IMG/VR virus record: IMGVR_UViG_2863283106_000001
Span: 1 to 64,000 of that record
Direction: 5' to 3' (one strand)
Source of the DNA: a virus
Taxonomy: Duplodnaviria; Caudoviricetes
DNA length: 64,000 nucleotides
The notes beneath the pieces were generated by a model, which was not told the origin of the DNA, did no database searches, and saw only the letters and a program-made list of their open reading frames with translations. Positions 43,901 through 52,900 of the stretch are shown here, piece after piece. The number at the start of each line of letters is the position of its first letter. The stretch's first letter is position 1. Position numbers and translations under genes: made by a program.

Positions 43901-46900
43901 GCCGGCGGGGTGTCCCCCATGGCGGCGCGGACCTTCTCGTCGACGTAGCCGTCCCGGCGGTCCATCTCCGCCATGACGCGAAGCTCGTCCTTCGGGCCCA
44001 AGCCCCGCAGGTAGGCGGCCTCGAGCTCGGCGTCGTCCAGGGTGGTGAGGTCCTCGGGCAGGACGAACGCGCTGGCCCGCTCTCGCTCGTAGTCCTCCTG
44101 AACCGCGCGGAGTGCCTGCGGGAGGTTGCGGCCTTCCCCGTCGCGCCATGCGGCCACGGCCGCCGGGCCCCAGGGCTGATTCCAGTCGAACAGGTCGCCG
44201 TTGCGGTCGGTGAGGTCCTCGAACCGTGCGGTGAGCTCGCTGGCCTCTTCGGGGTTGTCGGAGGTCAGGGCGATGCCGGGCAGGTTGGTGCCGTTGCGGG
44301 CCTGAGCGAAGCGCCACACGGTGCTGCCGTCGTCCTGCTGCTCGGGCCACATCGCCAGGCCGCCCTCGGGCGACAGGGCGAGGCCTTCACGGTCCGCCAG
44401 TTCGGCCAGGTGGGCACGCCGCTCTGGAGTGTCCTCGGCCGGGGTGAGGCCGTCGCCGGCCTTCCACGCGCTGCGCAGGGAGTCGACGTCACGGTGCCGG
44501 GCCGGGGTCCGGCCGTCGCCCTCGTCGCCTTCACCGGAGGGCGTATCGGACTCCGGCATGTTCATGTGTGGCAGGCCAGGCCCGCCGGGGCCGCCTCCAT
44601 TGGGGCCGCCGTTGCCGCCGTCGCGGTTACGACGCCTCCGCCGACGCCGGCGCTTCCCCTCATCCTCCTCCTGGTCGTCGTTGCCGTCGTCCGGGCCGTC
44701 CTCCCCACCGTCGGCGTTGTCGGGCCCGTCGCCGTTGTCGCCGGAGTCGCCTCCGTCGCCAGGCGCGTCTGCACCGCCCCCGTCAGGCTCGCCGTCGGGG
44801 TCGGCTGCTCCTCCGTCGAGGTCGCTGTCCCGGCGTCGCTGGTTGTCCTCCTCGTTGTCCTGGTCCTGCTGCTCGTTGTCGTTGTCCTGCTCGCCCTCGT
44901 TCTCCGGGGTGTTCTGGTTCTGCTGCTCCTCGTCCTGGCTGTTCTGCTGCTCGTTGTCCTGGTCCCGCTCACCGCGAGCGGCACGGGAGGCGAGGCGGAA
45001 CCGGTCGGCGGCGTGCTCGCCCTGCGGGCCCGCGAGCTCGTACTGCTCGGCGAGCGCGTCCATGCGGTCGGCGATGTCGCGGAGCTCCGCGTCCCGGTCG
45101 TCGGCGTCGTCCGCGCGGTCCAGGCGGTCACGCAGCTCCTGCATCTCGGGGAGGGACTCGCCGCCCACGGCATTCAGGCCCTCGCCGAACAGAGCCTGCG
45201 CACGCGCCGCTCGGTCGTCGCCGTCCTGGCTTGCCGCGTCGCGCTCCCCAGGCCTCGGCCGACGGAAGGCTTCGGGGCGGTCGGCCGTGCTCCGAAAACG
45301 CAGCGACCGAATCAGTGCCCTTCCCGTCTTATCGGCTTGCTCGTCCGTAAACTCCGGGCTCTCCTCAGTCCGCACCGACCAATGCGAGTCGACCAGGAAG
45401 GGGAACATCGCGCCTTGGCCGAGCGGGTCAGGGCGCGCGGAATCCTCGAGCCGGGCGCGGTTCGTGATACCAGCGGTGCGGGGGCCCGAGTCGTAAGGGC
45501 CGGGATAGGCGTGCAGGACCGTGATTTCATCGCCGGCCTGGGTGTCCAACGGGTTCAGCGGGATCGTGTACCCGTCCGCCTCCTGCCGCGTGCGCCACTC
45601 GTCGTAGTAGTTGCTGAGCTCGCGCTTGCTGTCGAGGTACCTCCGCGCTTCCTTCTGCCAGAAGCTGTGTACCCCCTCGTCTCCGCCCTGGGAGACCATG
45701 CGCTGAGCGACCACTGTCCCCAGCGATTCACCGTCGGGGCCGCGGAACGTCAGTGCGCGTTCCGCCGCATCCGGTGCGTCCCACGGGAAGAGGTTGCCAT
45801 CGGTGTCACGGACCCCTTCCAAAATCCGCGCCTGTGCAAGGGCATCGTCACGGTTGTATGCGCGAGCGATGACCGCCATGGACCCCGGCGCCACGACCGA
45901 CCAAACGGGCCCAATGTCCTCGGAGACCTGCAAGACCGCCAGGCGGCCGCCCTCGGACAGCTCGAGCGTGTCGGTGTCGGCATCCGTTGACCGCATGCCG
46001 TGCTTGTGGGACGGCAGCACCATGTCGGCGTGAGGTGCCGGGTCCAAGTCGCCGCGCTTCCAGCGGTCCCGCACCTCGTCCACGCTCGAGAACCGGCGAG
46101 GGCCCGCGTCGGGAGCAGCGGCGGCCTGACCACCGAGGACCGGAGCGTTGCCCGGACCGTCCGTGTTCGGCTTGCCGCTCTCGGGTGCGTCGTCGTCCCT
46201 GCCGCGCGCATCGGAACCATCGGGAATGGCCACGATGTCGCTCGGGCGGAAGCTCAGCGGCTGGTTCTTGACGCGCCAGTAGCCGTCTCGCTGGGCCGGC
46301 CGCTCCACCGTGATGTTCATGTGCTCGGGGCCCGAGTTGGGGCCCGAGCCGCCGCCCCTGCGCGCGACGATCCGAAAGCGGTCGCCGGGGCGGGGCTGGA
46401 TCTGGGAGCCGTCAACGGCCTGCCAGCCCTCCGGCACACGCACCTTGGCCGCACGACGCCGACCGTGATCGGCCTCGATCCGACGTGCCAGGTCGGAGGA
46501 GTCCTCTCGTCCGGGGTTGCCCTCCGGGAGCCGCTCCACCAGGTCAGTGGCGCGGATCATCGCGAACTCGGCCCGGACGGTGTCCGTGCCGTTGAGCGTT
46601 ACATCCGCCTCAACCTCGATGCGGACCTGTCCGTTGCTGAGCACCGGTGTGACGCCGATGACGCGCCCCACCATGTGCATCGGCTCGTTGTAAGCGGGGT
46701 CTGCAGAGACGGTGTGCACCCAGTCCCCGAGCCGGATCTCGGAGGCGGGAACCATGTCGCCGTCGTAGCGCTGCCGCACCGCCGCGAACTCGTCGTCCTG
46801 CACCGGATCCGTGCTGCCCTGCTGGAAATCGGGGTGCTCGAGCGCCCGCCGCGCCTTGTTGTGCGCAGCAGAGGCCCAAGACCTGTATCTCCGCGTCTCG

Positions 46901-49900
46901 TACGGCAGATCAGGGTTGTCGAACTCCTCCTTGAGCCACGCGGTCTCGCCGACGAGGCGGCGAAGGTCGGCCTGCAGGTCCTCGCTACCGTCCTCAACGC
47001 GCTCGAGCAGGTCCTGGAGGCGCTGTATGCGGTCCTGGTCGTCGATCCCTTCGGAGTGGTTCCGCAGGGTGAGAATGTCGTCGTGGATGTCGCGCATGCG
47101 GGCGCGCAGCTCGTGGTGCCACGCCGGGGTCGGCTCCGGCCGTGTGCGGTCGCTGGCCCACGCGAACGTGTCGTCGGGACCGCGCAGGAACAGCGGGCTT
47201 CCCCACGCATACGAACCGTCGGAGTTGACGAACGACACGGTGGTCGTGCCGTCGTCCCTGCGCTCCACGCGGGTGACACGGACCGGCGCGTTCCAGCCCT
47301 CGGGATACGGGCGGCCATCTCGGTCCTTCCGCATGCGTGGCACGCGGATGATGTCGTTCTCGGCGACGTCTTCGCGGTCTCCGAGAACCCAGCCGTCGGG
47401 GGTCTCACTGCGTGCGGCGTCGTTCCGCGCGAGTTCTTCCTCCTGCTCGCGGCGGAAGTCGACCAGGTGGACGAGGCCAGCCACGGCATCGGCCTTGGAC
47501 TTGAGGAGGGGGCCGCTGCTGGTGCCGTCAACGTGCGTGTACGACCACTTGCTGCCCAGCTTCTCAACCGTGCCGATCTGCTCACCGTCAAGAGACACCG
47601 GTGAACTACCGTCGGCGGCCTTCTTGCCTACCACGGCACGAGCCAGAGCGTCGGCCTTCTCCCGGGCCTTCTGCGCGTCCTGCTCCTCCCGTATACGGAC
47701 GGCCTGACGCTGGTTCTGCGCCTCGAGTAGCGCACCGCGGCGGTTGCCGATCCTCGACACCGTGGGGGACAGATCGCTGCGGGGCACGCGCGGGCCTTCG
47801 CCGCTCGGCACGACGTGCCGCTGCCGCCACGCTTCCAGAGCCTCCAGTTCCGCCGCGATCTCGTCGTCGCTCATCGCAATCGGCGGTGTGTCGCCGATCG
47901 GCGCCAGCGGAATCTCCTCGGCGCCTGCAGAGTCGTCGGTGTTGGACTGCTCGGGGCGCTGCAGAGCGTCCCACTGCTCCGGGGTGAACTTCTCCACCAG
48001 GTCGCCCGGCGCAAGGTAGCCGTACTCGACCCGGTTGTCGCCTTCCCACTGCTGGGCTTCCTCGTTCCAGAGCATCCGCTCAAGGCGAATGGCCGTCTCG
48101 CCCGTCTCGTGGTCCTTCGGGGTGCCCATCGACAGGTCGTGGAAGATGCCGCGGTAGGTGTGGACCTGGTTCCGTGTGTCCATCGGCTCAGTGCCCTGGA
48201 AACTGATCAGGTCGCCGTCCCGCAGGTCCGACGGGTGGTAGAGCGTGCCGCCGTTGGGGCCTTCGCCCCGAGGCTGCGGGGTCCGCTCCGGGAGTGCGGA
48301 CATGGCCTGGTCGATGACGGCGTCCATGTCCTGCAGCTCTGCGCGCACGGACCGCGTCTGTTCGAGGTCCGGCAGCTCGGCCTCATACCGGTCGAGAGCC
48401 TCAGCGGTCTCTGCGATACGGACGCGGGCCCTGCGCAGGTCCTCGCGGTTGTCGCCGGTCGGCGGGTTCCCCGACAGGATGCCGTCGAGGTGGGCCGCAG
48501 CGTGCTCGTAAGGGCGGCGGATCTGCAGGAGTATTTCCCGCTTCCCCATGTGCCGGATGTGGTCGCCCGGGTCCGGGGGCAGCGGGGGCAGCGCGGGCAA
48601 CCGGTCGCGCAGGGTGCGGGCGATCGACGTCTCGTCGCCATCGTCGTCACTGGTGGCGGCGGGTTCGGAGCTGTCACCACCGTTACCGGTACTGCCAGCA
48701 TCGGTGTTGTCGCTGCTGTCGTTGTCGTCCTGCCCACCGGTCGGCTCGGGGCGGATCTGATTGAGGGTTTCCTGAACCTCCTGCCGCGGGATGCGGACCG
48801 CACCCCCCTGCTGCGGCGGGACGAATTGGCCGCTGTTCAGGGCCGCGTCCAGTTCCTCGGGGCTGGCCACGTCCAGGCGCGGCTGGTCCTGCCCGTTGCG
48901 GCGCACGACACGGCTTGCGGTGATCGGCGCGGTGCGGCCGTCCTCCGTGCGGACGCGCAGCTCCACGCCGTCGATCGCGGAGACGGTCCCCGCGAGGACG
49001 CTCTCCCCGTCCTCAGACCAGAAGGTGACGCGGTCGCCAGCCTGGAAGTCGCTGATCTTCCAGTCCCGGGTGTAGTCGCCGTCAGGCTCCTCCATGGGGT
49101 CGTCGCCCCGGGTGGCGTCCATGACCCACCCCAGGGACCCCATGTCGAGGACGTCCGTCGCGCGGGTGACCGCGACGTACGCCAGGCGCAGCTCCTCGTC
49201 TCCGGGGATGGTGTCCCAGTCGATACCTCCCTCGGGTGTCTCCTTCGGGGTGAAGAAGTCACTGGCGATGCGGACGCGCTCGGACTCCAAGCCCTTGGCC
49301 TTGTGGGCGGTCGAGACGAGGAGATCGTGCGGGGCGGCCTGGTCGACGACCTGCCCGCCGCTGCTGCTGGGCGGGGCGGTGTACCGGTCGGCGATGTACT
49401 GCTCGACCTTCTGCAGGATCCGGGCGCGCTCGTCCTCGGGGACGTAATCGCCCTTCCTCGGCGGCGGGTACCCCCACCGCTTGCTGACGCCGTCCCAGCC
49501 GAAGCCCTGGCGCTTGAGCCATTCCTTCGTGGTCTCGAAGTTGCTGTCGCCGAAAGCGAGCTTGACCCACATGTGCTCGCCGTCGTCTTCCACCAGCGGC
49601 CGCGGCATGCGCACCGCGTTCAGGAGCGCCTCGAGGTCTTCGCTGTGGCGCTCCATCAGCTTGAACATGCTGTCGAGCTGCTTGAGGTTCTTGTCGCCCG
49701 CGACCTCTTCGCGGATGTCTTCCCAGGCCATGCCGTTGAACTGGGCCAGGTCCTGGTGCTTGGTGCGCTTGCCGTCCCGGAGCGCCTCGGCTGCTTCCAG
49801 GAACTTCCGCAGGTCGTTGAGGCCTCCGGAGACGGCAACCCTCCGACCGGCCTGTAGTCCTTCCACGGCGCCGAGAACGACGCCGGCGTTGGTGCGGGCG

Positions 49901-52900
49901 ATGAGCATGGTTTCGTCGCCCGGGTTGATCTCCCCGATGTGGGAGTTCTTGCGGTCCCAGCCCTTGAGGCGCATCCGGGAGCCGACCAGCCGCAGGAACC
50001 GGTTACCGGCGTCGGCGACAGCGTCACCGAAGCGGAACGTCTGGGTGAGGGTGGCCGTGGCGTCTGCGGGGAGCCGCCCCAGGGCGTCCGTGGCGCCCCG
50101 GAAGCCGTAGATGGCCTGGTTGGAGTCACCGACCGCGACGACCTGGATGCCGGCGGCGCGGATGTTGCGGACGATGCCCTCCATGACCGGGTTCACGTCC
50201 TGCGCTTCGTCCCAGAACAGAACATCGGTGTCCGGCACCCTGCGGGACAGTGCCCACATCTTGACGGGGTGGTCGAACGACAGGGGCAGGTCGCGGTCCT
50301 TGTTCTTCGCCTTCGGGTCGGTGAGGTTGGCCCACATCTGCTCGGCGAGCGGCTTGACCGCCGCGAACACGGCCGCCCGGTTGCGGAGCTCCTCGGGCAG
50401 GTGGTGCTCGGCGAAGTCGTCGTCGTCGGACTTGACCCACGCGGAGAGCAGTTCGTTGGCGTAGTGTGCGGCCCGGCGCGGGGACAGCGAGTCGCCGCCG
50501 GCCTGGATCGGCTCGTACCAGCGCATGCGGTCGGCGAGCTGCTGATCGTTGAGGCGCGGCCACTTCAACCGCTCGAGCAGGTCCTTGTCGACCATGCTGT
50601 TCGCGTACGCGTTGGCCGTGGTCGGGGTGAGATTCTTCCCGTATTCGCCGCGCTGCTGCGACTCGATCGCCTCATCGGCCACGGACCGGTTGAACGCCAG
50701 GTACAGGATCCGCTTGTTCGGCATGCGCCGGGACAGCATCTTGAGCGTCGTGGACTTGCCGGTGCCAGCGAGCGCCATGACACGCATGTCCAGGCCGCGG
50801 CGGGCGGCGCCCTCGATGATGACCCGCTGCTCGTCGGTGGGCGGGTACGCCTCGCCGGCGGACGCCTGGGCCTCGATCCGCTCCCAGTCGGCGTCCGAGT
50901 AGCCTCCGGGCTTCGCGGGCGGCAGCTCGTCCACGCTGGAAACGGCGCCGCGGGCCTCGTCCTGGTTCAGGCCGTACCCGCCGACGCGGTCGAGGAGGAT
51001 GCTGCCGCGGGACGGCTCGACCAGCTTGCCGTCCTTGTCGTACTCCGGTTCCCGCTCCCAGCGGTCGGCTTCCTCCCGCTGCAGCGCCCACAGCCGGCGC
51101 TCAGCGCGCAGCCGGTACGCCAGTTCCAGCGGGTCGGTGGACTCCTCCAGGGCGCGGGTGACGTCCTCCAGGCCGTCGACCTCGTTCTCGATCTCCTCGG
51201 CGCTCATGTCGGCCGGTTCGCGGTCGCCGATCGGGTCGGTGCTGCCCGCCTCGCCCTCCGGCTGCGGGGCTGGCGGCTGGTTCACAGTGCCCGCGGCGGG
51301 GGTGTCGCTCTCCGGGGTCTCCGGAGCGCTGTTCTCCGGCGCCTCGGGCGCGTCCGTGGCCGGGGCGTCACCTTCGGGGGCCTCCGGCGCGTCCGTGTCC
51401 GGCACCTCGGGCGCGGCCTCGTCCGGGTACAGCACCCGCACCTCGACATCGGACGGGAGCAGGTGCTCCTTGCCGTCTTCGTCGACGACCAGGACGCGAC
51501 CGCGACCGGTGAGCACGGGCTTCCGCGCCACGGTGCGCGCGCGGCCTCCGCTGTCCAGGAACCGGTCCCCGGACTCCAGGTCCATGGGCGCGCGAAGCTG
51601 TGCCTCCCGGAGGTTGGTGGTGTCGCGTCCCTCGGCGTCCGCGAACATGTCGGGGGTGCCGAACTCGTCGGCGGCCCGGTCGTCGGGGTTGTTCAGGTCC
51701 GCGGCCCTGTTCGGCCCGGTGTTGGCCGGCTGGTCGACGTCGAACAGGCCGCCCGGCTCCTCCACGGGCTGCTTCGGCTTCGGCTTCGGTTCCTGCTTCG
51801 GCTTGCGGCCGGCGCGGCGGGCCTCCTCCGCCTCGAGGACCTGCATGCGGGTGCGGTCGGCGCCAGACAGCTCCCCGGCCATGTCCCGCTCCATCAGGGC
51901 GACGATCTCTTCGCGGATCTCCGGGTCCGTCATGGTGGACGGGGCCTTGGAGCCTTCCGGGCGTATCGCGTCGAGCTGTTCGGACACCTCGTCGGGCGAC
52001 ATGCTGACGGTGCCGTCACCATCACCGCCGTCACCACTGCCGTCGGCGTCATCGGTGCCGTCGGCGTCATCGGTGCCGTCGGCGTCATCGGTGCCGTCGG
52101 CGTCCGGCGCCTGCGTGTCCTTCTCTCTCTGCGCGCGGCGTTCCCGCAGTTCAGCCGCAGCCTGGTCAACGCGCTTGGTGTAGGTGTTGTACGCCCGAAC
52201 CTCATCCGGGTCGGACTCCAGGCCCTCGCCGCCCGCCATCGTCCACGCCCACTCGAGGAGAGCGCGGTGGACCTCGACCGGCCCGGTCACCCTGAGCGTG
52301 CCGTTGCGGCCCTTCTTGGCCTCCTTGAGGGCCTTCCGGGTGTCCGGGTCCTCCATCGCCGCGGTCTCTTCCGTGCTGAGGAAGTCGGCGAGGGCCTCCG
52401 GCATGGTCAGGGTGATGAAGTCCTCGGGCTTGTCCCACGCGTAGCGCAGTGGCTCATCCGCCGGCTCCGAGTTGTTGCGGTTGTTGTCGCTCTCGCGGCG
52501 CGCGAGTTCGGCCTCGACGTCGGTCAGGCGCTGCTTACGGATCTTGGTGATCTCGTCGGTCTCGTATGACGGGCGAGCGCTGGCGAGCTCAGCCCGCTCG
52601 GCATTGAGCTGCTCGGTGTCGAGATCGGCGACCGGCGGCCGCGCCTGCAGTTCCTGCGCGCGCTGCTGTGCCTGTGCCGCGGTCTCCTTCTTCCGCCTGG
52701 CCTCCCGGATCGCTCGGGCGTCGGCTTCGAACCGGTCGGCGTTGGCGTCGAGGCGGTCATCGAGCTGCAGCAGTGCCCGCTGCAGGTCTTGGTCGAGACT
52801 CTCGGTGTCCAGGCCCTCGAGGGCGGCAAGAGCGCCACGCATCGCGTCCGCGTTCTGCTGGTAGCCCTCGGGGCCCTTCGGGGCGTCCGTAACGTTCTGC

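Noticed and set aside
38062-45990. 2642-aa plus-strand ORF and other long plus-strand ORFs over the late region
   Set aside because: Antisense shadows of GC3-biased minus-strand genes; no motifs and typical shadow composition
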